64,000 nucleotides of DNA from an uncultured Holophagae bacterium (GCA_963797055.1 CAWCOD010000005.1:7947-71946), one strand, 5' to 3'; counted from the first letter of the stretch, positions 9,633 to 22,344 are shown. Notes: a model not told the origin generated them from the letters alone. Numbers and translations: made by a program.

Positions 9633-10538
9633 ATGGAAAGGCCACTGGTCTCCATCGTCATCCCGGCGTACAACAGCGAGCAATCCCTTCCGCGGACTCT
9701 CGCCTCGGTGCTCGAGTCGTGTGAGGCGGAATCGGAGATTATCGTCGTTGACGATTGTTCCCGATTGCCCGTGGCAGGCTGGTTGCCCAGTTCGATGGAG
9801 GGAAAGGCGCGGATCATTCGGCATTCCGTCAACCGAGGCCCCGGCGCGGCGCGCAACACGGGGATCGGTGCCGCACGTGGAAAGTGGATCGCGTTCGTCG
9901 ACGCCGACGATGTCATACGCGCTGGACGCTTCGAGGAGATGATCGACCGCGCAGGGGGATTAGGGGTTGACGTCATCGCAGACGACCTGGAAATTTGTAT
10001 TGAGGGTGACCAAAGAACAACCAGCCTGTTCGAGAGTCGGGGACTGAAGCTGCCTGAGGGGGCGATTGAAGTATCTGCCGAGGATTTTGTCGGATTTGAT
10101 CTTGGGTTGCTCAAGCCGATCGTGCGATCTGACGCGTTGTTGAGGACTGGCATACGATTTAGCGAGGACTTCCGCGCGGGGGAGGACTTTCACTTTATGT
10201 TGAATCTGATTTTGCAGGGTGTTCGGATGGGCATCATCAAGGATGCCTTCTATGTGTACACCAAACCCTCGCTGGCCCAACGTGAAAAAACCCTTCACAA
10301 CTTTCGTGAGAGCTTGAGGGCAACTGACTCTCTCATCTACAACGCGGCAGCAGGAGGCTCGACCCGGGTGAATCAGGCCCTCAAACTGAGACGGAGTCGT
10401 ATCAGGGATGTGATCGCCTACAACGAATTCCGGTTCGCTCTTTCGAACCGAAGTCCTGCCATTGCGATCAGGTCCCTGGTGTGCAGGCCAACTCTTCTGA
10501 AGCCCCCGTTCGCGCGATTTACCAAGCGACTCCATTGA
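9633..10538 (+). CDS. Glycosyltransferase family 2
   Basis: VSIVIPAYNSE...IIVVDDCS...GPGAARNTGIGAARGKWIAFVDADD (GT-A fold, DxD). Confidence 0.9.
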   Translation: MERPLVSIVIPAYNSEQSLPRTLASVLESCEAESEIIVVDDCSRLPVAGWLPSSMEGKARIIRHSVNRGPGAARNTGIGAARGKWIAFVDADDVIRAGRFEEMIDRAGGLGVDVIADDLEICIEGDQRTTSLFESRGLKLPEGAIEVSAEDFVGFDLGLLKPIVRSDALLRTGIRFSEDFRAGEDFHFMLNLILQGVRMGIIKDAFYVYTKPSLAQREKTLHNFRESLRATDSLIYNAAAGGSTRVNQALKLRRSRIRDVIAYNEFRFALSNRSPAIAIRSLVCRPTLLKPPFARFTKRLH

Positions 10539-10654
10539 TCAAAGACAATAGTGGACGTTTGCGATTCCATCGTGACACCATCCAATAACTGACCACTGGT
10601 TGTTTCGTCCGGATTGAACGGTTGATAGGCGGACGTAAATTGAATCGACAATAG

Positions 10655-11803
10655 ATGAAAATCCTCCAAGCCGTCAGTAGTGATCAGCGTCGAGGAGCGG
10701 AAGTGTTTGCGGGTGAGTTGTCGGATAGCCTTCGGGTTCGAGGGCACGACGTGCGGGTGGCCTCATTGAGGACATCTTCCTCGACCCCCAGGCTGACCGT
10801 TGATATGTCGTTTGGCGGCAACCACAGCGGCGTCCGCGGTTTCATTCAACCCGCGGGTTGGCTCAAGAAGCAAATCCGCTCGATGGATGCTGACGTGCTC
10901 CAAGCAAATGGCGGCTCGTCCGTCAAGTACGGTGCCATAGCAGCGTGGATCGACCCGCATCGTTCATGGAAATTGGTTTATCGAAATATTGGAGACTTGC
11001 GAGTCTGGCTCTCGTCGCCCTCGAAAAGGCTGTTCTACAAGGTGGCTGTTTGGCCGAAGATAGACGGTGTAGTGTGCGTGAGCCGTCAGGCGAGAGATGG
11101 TCTGCGCGCTGTGTACGGTGAACATGGTCCTCCGGTCGAGGTCATTTTTCAGGGTGTCGACGAGGCTGGATTGAGGCCGCGGTTGACGCGTCCAGAGGTG
11201 CGCCGGGCGTTGGCGACCTCTGATGATGAGATTGCTGTGGTCTGGGTCGGAGCCCTGAGCAGCGAGAAGGGACCGGACCGCGCCTTGCGGGTACTGTCCG
11301 AGGTGAGTCGAGGCGGGAAACCCGCTGTCCTCTGGATGGTTGGTGCTGGGCCGCTGAGCGAGGAGTTAAAAAATATCGCACGAGACCTCGACGTTGCAGA
11401 CTCGGTGCGGTGGGTTGGTTCTGTGGACGATGTGGGAGCGTATCTGCACGCGGCAGACATCTTCCTGCTGACGAGTGACACCGAGGGCATCCCGGGGGCG
11501 CTGCTCGAAGCAATGACAGTGGGGTTGCCGAGCATCGTCACCGACGTGGGGGGAATCTCTGAGGTTCTGGATGACGGCACGACCGGGTTCTTGACCCTCC
11601 CGGATGACGAGGAGGCCATGGTCGATCGGTTGTCACATCTGACGTCGGATGGGAAGCTTCGCGGACGAGTGGGGGCTGCTGCCCGGATCGCCGCTCTCAA
11701 GCGTTTCAACATGGACACCTGCGCCGAGGAGTACGAAGCCTTCTATCGGTCAATCCTCGACCGCTGGGCCAACGGTCAGACTGCGAGGCAAATCGGTTGC
11801 TGA
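10655..11803 (+). CDS. Glycosyltransferase family 4
   Basis: GT-B signature TSDTEGIPGALLEAMTVGLPSIVTDVGGISEVLDDGTTGF. Confidence 0.88.
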   Translation: MKILQAVSSDQRRGAEVFAGELSDSLRVRGHDVRVASLRTSSSTPRLTVDMSFGGNHSGVRGFIQPAGWLKKQIRSMDADVLQANGGSSVKYGAIAAWIDPHRSWKLVYRNIGDLRVWLSSPSKRLFYKVAVWPKIDGVVCVSRQARDGLRAVYGEHGPPVEVIFQGVDEAGLRPRLTRPEVRRALATSDDEIAVVWVGALSSEKGPDRALRVLSEVSRGGKPAVLWMVGAGPLSEELKNIARDLDVADSVRWVGSVDDVGAYLHAADIFLLTSDTEGIPGALLEAMTVGLPSIVTDVGGISEVLDDGTTGFLTLPDDEEAMVDRLSHLTSDGKLRGRVGAAARIAALKRFNMDTCAEEYEAFYRSILDRWANGQTARQIGC

Positions 11804-12974
11804 AGAGCGCACCATCTGACTCCCAGGGCGGGGGGTTGGAGGTTTTCCACCTGATCAAGGGATTGGGTCGGGGTGGGGCGGAGATGCTCCTGCCATCACT
11901 GATCCGGAGTGGCGGAGCGGAGCTTCAAATATTCGGTCGGGTACTTCCTTCCCTGGAAGGATGCACTGGTGCCCGAGCTGCAGGGCATGGGTGTTCAGGT
12001 CGAACGATTCACAGCCCGTGGTCCGGCTGGGATGATCGCCCGGGTGCCCGGCATCGCACGATTTCTTCGGCGAAACCGCGTTGATCTCGTCCACGCCCAT
12101 TTGCCGCTGGCCGGGGTGGTGGGGCGGCTGGCTGGCCGGATCGCCGGCGTGCCGGTCGTCTACACCGAGCACAACCTCCAGGAACGCTATCACCCATTGA
12201 CGAGAGGGTTGAACTCCAAAACCTGGAGCCTGCAGAGCGCTGTCGTGGCGGTGTCAGGCGAGGTGGAGGAGTCCGCGAGACGGCGGAACGGCTCGGTGGT
12301 GCCGATTCACGTGGTTCGGAACGGGATCGAAATTCCCCCGGTCGACAGCAGTCGCATCCTCCGGAAGAGGTGTCCGCGGCGAATTGGGGATCATGCCCGA
12401 CACTCCGGTGGTGGGCACCGTTGCCGTGTTCCGGACGCAGAAGCGACTGGATCGTTGGCTCGAAGCGGCCGCCGCGGTCAGACAGAGTGTGCCGGACGTG
12501 CACTTCCTGCTGGTTGGAGACGGCCCGGTCCGCCCCGAGCTCGAACGGCTGGCCGGCTCGCTTGGAATTTCCGACAGAGTGCACTTCGCCGGGCTCACGG
12601 ACGATGTTCCTCCCTACCTCGCCGCCATGGACATCTATCTCATGTCCTCCGAGTTCGAGGGCCTGCCGTTGGCCCTCCTGGAGGCCATGGCCGCCGGTCT
12701 CCCGGTTGCGGCCACCGCGGTCGGTGGCATCCCGGAGGTGATCGATAGCGATGCCGCAGGGATGCTGGTGGAGCCGGGCGACGTCGCCGGCCTCGCCGCG
12801 GCGACGGTTCGGCTGCTCGAGGACCGCGCGGTCGCCGGTTCGATCGGAGCAACCGGCCGTGAGCTGGTGGAGGAGAAATTCGGGGTCGAGCGGATGGCGC
12901 GCGAGCTCGAGGATCATGTACCTCGAGGTGGCGGGCCCGTCACGGGTCGGGTGATATGGAGATACGGCGCGTGA
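11797..12974 (+). pseudogene. Glycosyltransferase family 4, two frameshifts (near 11910 and 12370)
   Basis: ORF pieces in frames 1, 2 and 3 read through as one GT4: VFHLIKGLGRGGAEMLL / VDLVHAHLPLAGVVGRL / SEFEGLPLALLEAMAAGLPVAATAVGGIPEV. Confidence 0.8.
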
Positions 12975-13970
12975 CGCCGGATGACGAAGAGGCCGTTCTG
13001 GACCTGGTCGGCAGGGTCCTGACCACCGCATCGATCCCCAGGACCCCGGAGTTCTGGAGGTGGAAGCACGTGGATGGACCCTTCGGACCCTCACCCGGCC
13101 TTTTCGCCGAGGAAGACGGGAGGATCATCGGGCTTCGGATGTTCCTGAGCTGGCGATGGACCTCGAACGCGAACGTCCACCGGGCGGTCCGGGCGGTGGA
13201 CACCATTACCGCCCCCGAGGCGCGGGGCCGAGGGGTATTCACCCAGCTGACGCTGGATCTGGTCGAACAGATGAGAAACGAGGGCGTGTCCTTCGTCTTC
13301 AACACCCCCAACGAGCAGAGTCGTCCCGGCTACCTCAAGATGGGGTGGAGCGACGTCGCGCGGGTGCCGGTGTCGATTCGGCCGATGCGGCCGGTCGGCC
13401 ATGGTGCGCAAGAAGCTCGTGGGTGCCGACGAGCCGGGCGAGGTGGCGGCCCCCGCACCACCCGGAACCGATCCTGTTGACGATCTGTGCGCCGAACCGG
13501 AACTTCCTGCATTTCTCGACGGGCTCCACGAAGGTGAATCGAGGTACCACACCGAGCGAACGGTGGAGTACCTCCGATGGCGCTACGGCGCCATCCCGGG
13601 AATCGACTACCGGGCCCGGAGCCGGATCGAGGGCGGAGCGGGGGCGGTGGTGGTCTACCGTCACCGGGTTCGGGGACGAATGAGCGAACTCTCCTTTGCC
13701 GAGGTGTTGGTTAGCCCGGGCAGTAGAGGCGCCCGATTGGGCGCACGGCTTCTGCGTGAGGTGATGCGCGACTCTCCGGCGGACTACGCGGCGGCGTGTG
13801 CGGCAAAGGGGACCGGGGAGCGAGCAGCCCTCGTTCGTGCGGGGTTCCTGCCCATCGGTCTGCCGGGGCCGCGGTTCACCGTGAATCCGCTTGCAGGAGT
13901 CGCTGGATCCCCGATCCGTCTGGCGTGGTCCTCATGGCGGACGTCGGTTGGTGATCTCGAGCTGTTCTGA
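12956..13970 (+). pseudogene. GNAT family N-acetyltransferase, frameshifted near 13400
   Basis: Frame 2: MEIRRVTPDDEEAVLDLV...APEARGRGVFTQLTLDLVEQM (acetyl-CoA motif). The C-terminal half lies in frame 3 (13401..13970). Confidence 0.7.
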
Positions 13971-13986
13971 TTTGAGAAATTAGAAG

Positions 13987-15250
13987 ATGACGTACAACAT
14001 CCTCGCGTTCTTGATGCTCTCGATTCTGGCCCTGGTGCTTGCCGGCGCCGCTGGGCGGAGGATTCGATGGGTGTCGCCACGACTCCTCATGGCGGCGGTT
14101 CTGTTGCGGATCGTCGGCTCCACCGCCAGGTACGAGGTGATGGAGCGTTTTTATCGCGGAGTCGGTGATGCGGTCGACTACTACCGCAATGGACTCGGCT
14201 TTGCGGAACACGTCTGGGCGTTCGACTCGGCGTCCTATCACCCGATGTCTGGTTCGCGCGGTCGTTGGTGGGGAACGCAGTTTCTGAGGAACATCTCCGG
14301 CCTCGCGGTGTCGGTGGTCGGGCCGAGCCTGAGAGCGGAGTTCTTACTCTTTTCCCTTGTTTCATTCTGCCGGCCTCTTCGCTTTTGCGCTCGCGTTATC
14401 GGCGCATGTACCCCGGGCCCAGTGCCCAGAGATACGCAGCATTGTTGTGGCTGTGGCCGACGCTGTGGTTCTGGCCGTCGAGCGTGGGTAAGGAAGCCGT
14501 CGTCATTTTCGGTATGGGGGTCGCCGTTCTGGGTTTCGTGGGGCGCAAAGGGCGTCCAACGTGGTGGCTGATGGCCATTGGAACCGGTCTCGTGTTCTGC
14601 ATTCGACCACACATGGCCCTTGTGGTTGCTCTGTCCGCAGCGGCGGCGACGTGGCTCAGTTCTGGCGGGGCTTGACCGCGAGACGGGTGGTCGAGGTCAT
14701 CAGTGGCGGTCGTCATTGCGGTGGTGGCGTTCCAGGCCATGCTGGCGCAGTTCGGTCTTGGGGACGCGGACCTCGAGGGCATGCAGGAATTCGCCGAGTT
14801 CAGGGCGTCACAGTCACTAAAAGGTGGAAGCAACATCGGGGGTACCGGACTCACCGGGGCCGGCATCCCAATGGCCGTCATCAACGTCTGGTTCCGGCCG
14901 TTTCTGTGGGAGGCGCACAACCCCATGGCGGCGGTGGCGGCCATGGAGATGGTGCTCTTCTGGTACCTGGTGTGGAGGAATCGCCGTGGTCTGAAACCCG
15001 TCCTCAAGAACTGGAGGAGATCGCGGCTCATCGCCTTCGCCATACCTTTTCTGGTGCTCTTCACCTTCATGATCGGTCTCGTGATGGGGAATATGGGTCT
15101 TCTGGCCCGACAGCGGACGCCGATCTTCCCCTTTGCGTTCATGGTGATCGCCGCCGGTACGGCGGCGGTCCCGGTCCGGCGCCGGGTGGCTCGCCATTGG
15201 GCGGCCCGGTCCCCGGCCGGTGTCGCCCCACCCGGCGGAGCCGGCAATGA
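13987..15250 (+). pseudogene. Polytopic membrane protein, possible Wzy-like polymerase, about 4 frameshifts
   Basis: Hydrophobic segments continue across frames 1->2->3->2->3 (near 14365, 14395, 14655 and 14700), e.g. FLLFSLVSF / AGLFAFALA / YRRMYPG...LWLWPTLWFW / AVVIAVVAFQAML...WFRPFLWEAHN. The function and the 3' end are uncertain. Confidence 0.4.
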
Positions 15251-15268
15251 TCGGGCTCCATCCGAAGA

Positions 15269-16044
15269 GTGGTGCGCGCGGTCCAGCCGATGGTCCCGGA
15301 GTCGTCGGCTGGAGGAGTGGTGCTCTGCTACCACCTGGTGGATGCCGGTACCGCATCCCCGGTGGACATTCCGGACGTCGCTCTTCCGTGATCACATGGA
15401 GACGTTGGCCGAGGTCGCCCATGTCGTGACGCTTGACGGACTGGTGGCTGGGCTTTCCGGTGGAGGATCGGCGGCCAAGACCCGGGTGGTCATCACCTTC
15501 GACGACGCCTTCAAGAACTTTTTCACCACGGCCTGGCCGGTGATGCGCGGGCTCGGACTGCCCGTGACCCTCTATGTGCCGGTTGGGTTCGTGAACGGGG
15601 AGTCGCCGAGCCCCATGACCGGAGGGGAAGATCTGGAAGCGGCCACCTGGGAGGAGTTGAGGGAGGGCGTGGCGAGCGGTCTGCTCACCATCGGCTCGCA
15701 CTCCTGGACCCACCCCGACATTCGGGCCCTGGATCGGTCGTCGGCGGAGAGGGAGCTGGGCGATTCGCGGCGTGTGCTCGAGGATCGTCTCGGGACTCCG
15801 GTGACCTCGTTCTGCTACCCGCGCGGCATGTGGGATCAGCGTCGGAAGGGATGGTCGCGCAGTACTACGACACCGCGGTTGTCGGCGGGGGGATCCGGGT
15901 GACGCGGAAGAACTACTCGTCCGCTGCGGATTCCCAGGATCCCCATACGACGCGACGCCCAACAGGAGCGTGGAGGCCATGCTGCGGTCGCGGGTGTGGC
16001 TCGAGGAGTGGCTGGCCGATCGGGCCCGGCGGATGCTGCGGTGA
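15269..16044 (+). pseudogene. Polysaccharide deacetylase (NodB homology domain), at least 4 frameshifts
   Basis: GVVLCYHLVD (frame 2) / FRDHMETL...VVITFDDAFKNF...GSHSWTHPD...CYPRG (frame 3) / MVAQYYDTAVVGGG (frame 2) / SVEAMLRSRVWLEEWLADRARRMLR-stop (frame 1, TGA at 16042). Confidence 0.75.
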
Positions 16045-17220
16045 TGTCCACATCGGGTCAATGCGACGTGCCGAGGCTTCTGGTCACCGTGACCCATCCC
16101 ATCACGGCTCGTTTTCTGATGGCCGGCCAGTTGGACCACCTTCGCGACGCGGGATTCGAGGTGGCGGTGGCGAGCGCGCCCGGCGACGATCTGGACCTGG
16201 TGGCCGAGCGAGAGGGGGTGCAGGTCATCGCCGTGCCCATGGCTCGGGAGATGTCACCAATCGCCGATGCGTCGTCCCTGGCGCGAATGCTCTCACAGGT
16301 GCGCCGGTTTCGACCACAGATCGTCAATGCCGGAACGCCGAAAGCCGGCCTGCTCGGGCATGATCGCGGCCCGGCTGGCAGGCGTTCCGGTGCGGATCTA
16401 CACCCTGCGGGGGCTGAGGTTGGAAACGGCGACCGGAACAGCCCGCCGTGTGCTGACCATGACCGAAAAGGTGGCGTGCGGCTGTGCCCACCACGTGGTG
16501 TGCGTGAGCGACAGCTTGAGGAGTCGCGCCATCGACCTCGGGTTGGTCCCGGAGTCCAAGGCGCTGGTTCTGGGTTCGGGATCGTCGAACGGCGTCGATG
16601 CCGATCGCTTTCGACCCCGGCAGCCGCACGAGCAAGCTGAGATTCGCGCTGAACTCGGTATCCCCGATCGTGCGCCGGTTGTGGGTTTTGTCGGCCGTTT
16701 CACCCGTGACAAGGGAATCGCCGATCTCGCGGACGCCTTTTTCGGAAAGGTCGTCGAGCGATTCCCCGACGCCCGACTCCTGTTGATCGGAGATTTTGAG
16801 GAGGGCGATCCGGTGGCGCCCGAGGTGCGTCAGCGACTGGAGGACGACCGCCGCGTCGTTCGCCCCGGGTTCGTGTCCGACACCGCGCCCTACTACGGCG
16901 CCATGGATGTTCTGGCGTTCCCGTCGTATCGTGAGGGCTTCCCGAATGCGCCTCTGGAAGCGGCTTCCAGCGCCGTCCCGGTGGCCGGGTACGCCGCAAC
17001 CGGCACCGTGGACGCGGTGGTGACCGGTCGCACCGGAACCCTTGTCCCCATTCGGGATCGACAGGGCCTGGCGAACGCGCTCCTCAGCTACCTCGACGAC
17101 CCGGCGCTGCGGCGAGCGCACGGCGGGAACGGACGGGAGCGGGTCGAGGGCGAATTCCGACGCGAGATCGTGTGGCAGAATTGGATCGACTTCTATCGCG
17201 GGGCACACGGCAGGGGCTAG
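16044..17220 (+). pseudogene. Glycosyltransferase family 4, frameshifted near 16358
   Basis: The ATG at 16044 overlaps the upstream TGA (gTGATG). Frame 3: LLVTVTHPITARFLMAGQLDHL...GTPKAGLLG. It continues in frame 1 as MIAARLAGVPVRIYTLRG...PSYREGFPNAPLEAASSAVPV. An extra G lies in ctcgggcatg. Confidence 0.8.
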
Positions 17221-17231
17221 ACTGAGACGTC

Positions 17232-17859
17232 ATGTATCGGGCCTTTGGTAAACGACTGTTGGATCTGATGCTGGTGGTTCCCGGCCTCGTGGTGCTCGGA
17301 CCGGTGTTGCTCCTGATCGCCGCCGGAGTGCGCCGATACATGGGTTCTCCGGTTCTGTTCCGTCAGATCAGACCGGGTCTTCGGGGAGAGCCCTTCGAGA
17401 TCCGGAAGTTCCGAACCATGACCGACGAGCGGGACGACCAATGGCGAGCTCTTGCCCGACGCGGAACGCCTGACGCCGTTGGGGAGCTTCCTGAGGCGCA
17501 CCAGTCTCGACGAGCTGCCGGAGCTCCTGAACGTGCTGACGGGCGACATGAGTCTGGTGGGGCCGAGGCCTCTCATCATGAGTTATCTGGACCGCTACAC
17601 TCCTGAGCAGGCGCGTCGCAACGAGGTGGTGCCGGGTGTCACGGGTTGGGCCCAGGTCAACGGCCGCAATGCGTTGTCCTGGGAGCAGAAGTTCGCGTAC
17701 GACGTTTGGTACGTGGATCATCTCAGCCTCTGGCTGGACCTGAAGATCCTGGCCATGACCGTGTGGCAGGTCTTTGCCGGGCACGGCGTCAGCGCCGAGG
17801 GTCACGCCACCATGCCGGAGTTCATGGGATCAGAGCGATCAAGAAGACGACGTAACTGA
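17232..17859 (+). pseudogene. Undecaprenyl-phosphate sugar phosphotransferase (PglC/WbaP C-terminal type), frameshifted near 17440
   Basis: MYRAFGKRLLDLMLVVPGLVVLGPVLLLIAAGV...PVLFRQIRPG...FEIRKFRTM (frame 3), then LTPLGSFLRRTSLDELPELLNVLTGDMSLVGPRP (frame 1). Confidence 0.85.
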
Positions 17860-17941
17860 ATTACCAGATGTGGTGGATGAATAGCATGCGAATATGTGCG
17901 CCTATATCTGCCGTCTTTTTGTGCAGAAAAGGAGGACGACG

Positions 17942-18509
17942 ATGAAGATCGGCAAAGACGTCACGATTCACTCGTCGGTGAAGATCATCCATCCCGAGAA
18001 GATCACGATGGGAGATGCGGTCATCGTGGATGATTTCGTGCTGCTTTTCGGAGGGAAGTGCTGCACGATCGGGAGCTTTATCCATATCGCGGCTTTTTCG
18101 AGCATCGGCGGTGGTGGCGAGCTGGTGATGGAGGATTTCTCTGGTCTATCCATGGGGGTTCGACTGTACACCGGGAATGAGGACTATTCTGGGAGAGAGC
18201 TTTACAAACCCGACACTGCCGGCTCCCTATCGAAGCCGATTCGGTCATTCGTTCATATCGAGAAGTTCGCAGTGGTGGGTGCGAATAGCGTGATCCTGCC
18301 CGGGTGTGACGATCGGTGAAGGTGCTGTGGTTGGAGCGAATTCTCTGATCGTAAAAGACTGTAAACCATGGACGGTTTATCTCGGAAATCCCGCTCGACC
18401 AGTTCGTGAAAGACCGAGTGAAAAGCTGATCAAAATGGAAACACGATTGAGGAAAGAAATTTACGATTCAGATGGTAAATATATTCCGAGAGCCGAGAGA
18501 GAATCTTGA
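17942..18509 (+). pseudogene. Hexapeptide-repeat (left-handed beta-helix) acyl/acetyltransferase, frameshifted near 18300
   Basis: MKIGKDVTIHSSVKIIHPEKITMGDAVIVDDFVLL...VVGANSVILPG, then (V)TIGEGAVVGANSLIVKD in the next frame. An extra G lies in cccgggtgtg. AT-richer segment. Confidence 0.75.
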
Positions 18510-18618
18510 TGTTGAAGAAGAGAATGGCGCAGGGAAATATGAGAAGAATTGAGTTCGTTTGGAGTGTGTCCAACGAGTGTCAATCGCCGTTCGGAGTGTC
18601 GAGCCAAGGGAGGTGGTC

Positions 18619-19243
18619 GTGACGGTGAAGGGTCGTCTCGTGGTTCTGGGCGCCGGAGGGCACGGCAAGGTGCTGGTGAGCGCCGCCCAGGAGGAGGGCT
18701 GGCGGGTGATCGCGGTTCTCGACGATGACCCGTCGCTGAAGGGTCAGGATGTTCTCGGAACCGAGATCATTGGGGGAGTGGACCTTCTCGACGGCCTGGA
18801 ATTCGACGGGGTGGTTATTGGTGTGGGCGCCAACAGGGCACGGCAGGCGTTTGCCGAACGGATTCGGACGAATTGGACGACCGTGATCCACCCTTCGGCG
18901 GTGGTCCACCCTGATGCGGAAATAGGCGTGGGCACCGTGATCTTCGCCGGGGCCATCGTCCAGCCCGGCTCGGTGATCGGTGACCACGTGATCCTCAACA
19001 CCGGCGCGTCGGTGGACCATGACTGCACGCATCGGCAGCTTCGCCCACGTGGCGCCTGGTTGCGCCCTGGCGGGACACGTGACCGTTGGCGAGGGCGCCT
19101 TCGTGGGAATCGGCTCCACCGCCATACCGGGCGCCGTGATCGGAGCATGGGCCACGGTTGGCGCTGGAGCTTCGGTCGTGCAACCTGTGGAGGACGGCAT
19201 GACCGTTGTGGGCGTCCCAGCCCATCCGGTGTATCGGACCTGA
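18619..19243 (+). pseudogene. NeuD/PglD-family sugar N-acetyltransferase, frameshifted near 19025
   Basis: LVVLGAGGHGKVLVSAAQEEGW...GVGANRAR...IHPSAVVHPDAEIGVGTVIFAGAIV...VDHDC (frame 1), then IGSFAHVAPGCALAGHVTVGEGAFVGIGS (frame 2). The start codon is approximate. Confidence 0.8.
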
Positions 19244-20376
19244 GTGATGGGTCGTATCTACCTCTCACCGCCGCACATGGGGGGCGAAGAGCTGGACCTG
19301 GTCCGGGAGACCTTCGAGTCCAACTGGATCGCCCCGCTGGGTCCCCAGGTGGACGCATTCGAGCGGGAGTTCGCCGACACGGTGCAGGTGCCCCACGCCG
19401 CGGCCCTGTCGTCGGGAACCGCCGGACTGCACCTGGCCCTGGAGCTGATCGGGGGTGGGCCGGGACGACACCGTGGTGTGCCCGACGCTGACCTTCTCGG
19501 CCACGGCCAACGCGATCACCTACGTGGGTGCCGAGCCCGGTTTTCGTGGACTCGAATGCCGCGACCTGGAATCTCGATCCGGAGTTGCTCCGTGAGGAGT
19601 TCGAAACGGCGGCGCGGTCGGGAACGCAACACGCGGCGGTGATCGCGGTGGATCTCTACGGCCAGTGCGCGGACTACGGTCGGATCGTCGAAGTCTGTGC
19701 CGAGTACGACGTTCCGCTGATCGAGGACGCGGCAGAGGGGCTCGGCGCGACGTGTGACGGGCGCCCGGCCGGCGGATTCGGCCGTTGCGGGGTGTTTTCC
19801 TTCAACGGCAACAAGATCATCACCACCTCCGGCGGCGGAATGCTGGTGTCGGATGACGAAGAGTTGGTGGCCAGGGCTCGGTACCTGGCGACCCAGGCCC
19901 GCGACCCCGCGCCCCACTACCAGCACTCGGCCATCGGCTACAACTACCGGATGAGCAATGTGCTGGCGGCCATCGGGAGGGGTCAACTCCGGGTGCTCGA
20001 CGATCGGGTCACCGCCCGGCGAGCCAACTTCGATCACTATCGTCGCGCGCTCGCCGATCTGCCGGGGGTGGAGTTCATGCCCGAGGCGCCGTACGGCCGG
20101 TGTACCCGATGGCTCACGTGTCTGACCATCGATCCCGGCACGGCGGGCGTGACTCGTGAAGATGTCCGACTCGCTCTCGAGGCGGAGGACATCGAAGCGC
20201 GGCCGGTGTGGAAACCGATGCATTTGCAGCCGGTGTTTCAAGGGTGTCGCGTGCGCGGAGGAGAGGTCGCTGCGGAGCTCTTCGGAAATGGTCTGTGCCT
20301 CCCCAGTGGTTCGAGCCTGACCGTCGACGACCGAGAGCGTGTGATTCGGATCTTCCGAAGCCGATTCGGAGACTGA
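19244..20376 (+). pseudogene. DegT/DnrJ/EryC1/StrS-family sugar aminotransferase (PglE-like), two frameshifts (near 19455 and 19527)
   Basis: IYLSPPHMGGEELDLVRETFESNWIAPLGPQVDAFE (frame 2) / DDTVVCPTLTFSATANAITYVGAEP (frame 3) / FVDSNAATW...FSFNGNKIITTSGGGML...YNYRMSNVLAAIG (frame 1). Confidence 0.88.
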
Positions 20377-20379
20377 GCG

Positions 20380-22315
20380 ATGGGATCACAACGGAAGAAA
20401 ACCTCACGCCATACCTACGACCAACGGACGGGCGATCAGGACCCGAGACACCACGTTCCCTGGGAACGCCTCCTCAGTCGTCCGTTCCAGTATGTGATGG
20501 ATCTTCTGCGTTCTGACTCTCGCCTTCGTCGTGGCCTACCAGCTCCGCTTCGAGTTTCAGATCCCCGAATTCTACAGTCGCGCCATCCCGGTCCAGCTGC
20601 CGCTGGTGGTGCTCTTCCAGTTTGCCGCGCTGAATCTTGTGGGGGTCTACTCCTTCGTCTGGCGCTACGTGGGCATGTCCGAAATCAAGCCGTTCCTCAA
20701 GGCTGCGGTCTGGTCGGTGCTGCCGATCCTCGTGCTCCGTCTCCTGCTCCCCGAACACCTCGGCCTGCTGCGCATGCCCATCTCCGTGATCGTGACGGAC
20801 ACGATCTTCGGGTTCGGAGGGGTCCTGGGGCTCCGGGTCATTCGCCGGAGCCTGTACGAGCGATACGAGCGCAAGCTCCACGAGGAGAACGGGAGTGGCG
20901 AGAACGTGCCGGTGTTGCTCGTGGGCGCGGGGAGGGCCGGGCAATTGGCGGCCAAAGAGATTCAGGGCCGCGGGGACATGAATGTCGACATCGTGGGCTT
21001 TGTTGACGACGCAAAAAACAAGCAGGACACCGTCATCCAGGGCGTCCGCGTCCTCGGCATGACCCACGATCTCCCTCGTTTGGTGACCGAGCACCACATC
21101 GACCACGTGGTCATCACCATCGTCAAGGCCTCGAGAGCCCAGATCCGGCGTATCGTGCAGATCTGTGAGCAGATCCCGGTCAAGGCTCGGATCATCCCCG
21201 GGTTGTACGAGATCCTGTCGGGCGACGTCGAGATCAGTCGTCTCCAGGACCTCCAGATCGAGGACCTGCTGGGCCGCGACCAGGTCCACCTCGACGAAAA
21301 GGGGGTCCGGGAGTTTCTCGCGGGAAAGACGGTCATGATCACAGGAGCCGGTGGTTCCATCGGCTCGGAATTGGCCCGCCAGGCGGCACGGTTCGGTGTC
21401 GGGACCCTGCTGTTGGTGGAGCGGGCCGAGTTCGCGCTCTTCGACATCGATCGGGAGCTGCGCGAGGCCCGGCCCGATCTGTCCATCGTGCCGCTCGTGG
21501 CCAACGTCTCGAACGAGGCGCGTATGCGGCCCCTTTTCGAAGCCTATCGGCCGGCGGTGGTGGTGCACGCGGCGGCACACAAACACGTGCCGATGATGGA
21601 GTCCAACCCAAGCGAGGCGGTGAGCAACAACATTCTCGCGACGCGGCTTCTTGGCGAGCTCGCCGGTGAGTTCGAGGCCGAGGCCTTTATCCAGATCTCC
21701 ACCGACAAGGCGGTCAACCCGACATCGGTGATGGGTGCTTCGAAAAGGGTCGCAGAGTTGGTGGTCCAGGACCTCAATCCGCGCTACAGCACCCAATTCG
21801 TGTCGGTCCGTTTCGGCAACGTCCTGGGGTCGGCGGGCTCGGTGATCCCCATCTTCAAGGAGCAGATCCTCAAGGGCGGACCGGTGACCGTGACCGATCC
21901 GGAGATGACCCGCTACTTCATGACGATTCCGGAGGCGGCACAGCTTGTGCTCGAGGCCGGGGCCATCGGCCAGGGTGGCGAGATCTTCGTGCTCGACATG
22001 GGCGAGCCGGTCCGCATTCTCGATATGGCCAACGAGATGATCAGACTCTTCAACCTCAGACCGAACGAGGACATCGAGGTCGTCTTCACCGGGGTCCGTC
22101 CGGGAGAGAAGCTCTTCGAGGAACTTGCCGCTCTGGACGAGAACCACACCAGAACCCGACACCCTAAGATCTATGTCGGCACGATCAACACCTACCCGGA
22201 TCGTCAGGTTCGAGAGGCCCTGGAGAAATTCGAGGAGTTGGGCATCTTCGGCAGGGAGAAGGAACTGAGGCGATTTTTCAATGAGTTCCTGCCGGAGGCC
22301 ACAATCACCGAGTAG
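20380..22315 (+). pseudogene. Membrane-anchored NDP-sugar 4,6-dehydratase (CapD/PglF family), probable frameshift near 20495
   Basis: ORF 20531..22315 has TM helices, then VLLVGAGRAGQ and MITGAGGSIGSEL (NAD-binding), then ISTDKAVNPTSVMGASKR. The first TM helix WIFCVLTLAFVVAYQLRFEF extends upstream of an in-frame TGA, so the N-terminus probably starts at ATG 20380 in frame 1. Confidence 0.85.
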
Positions 22316-22344
22316 GTCCGGGCCAATTCTCTCGTAGACAACCC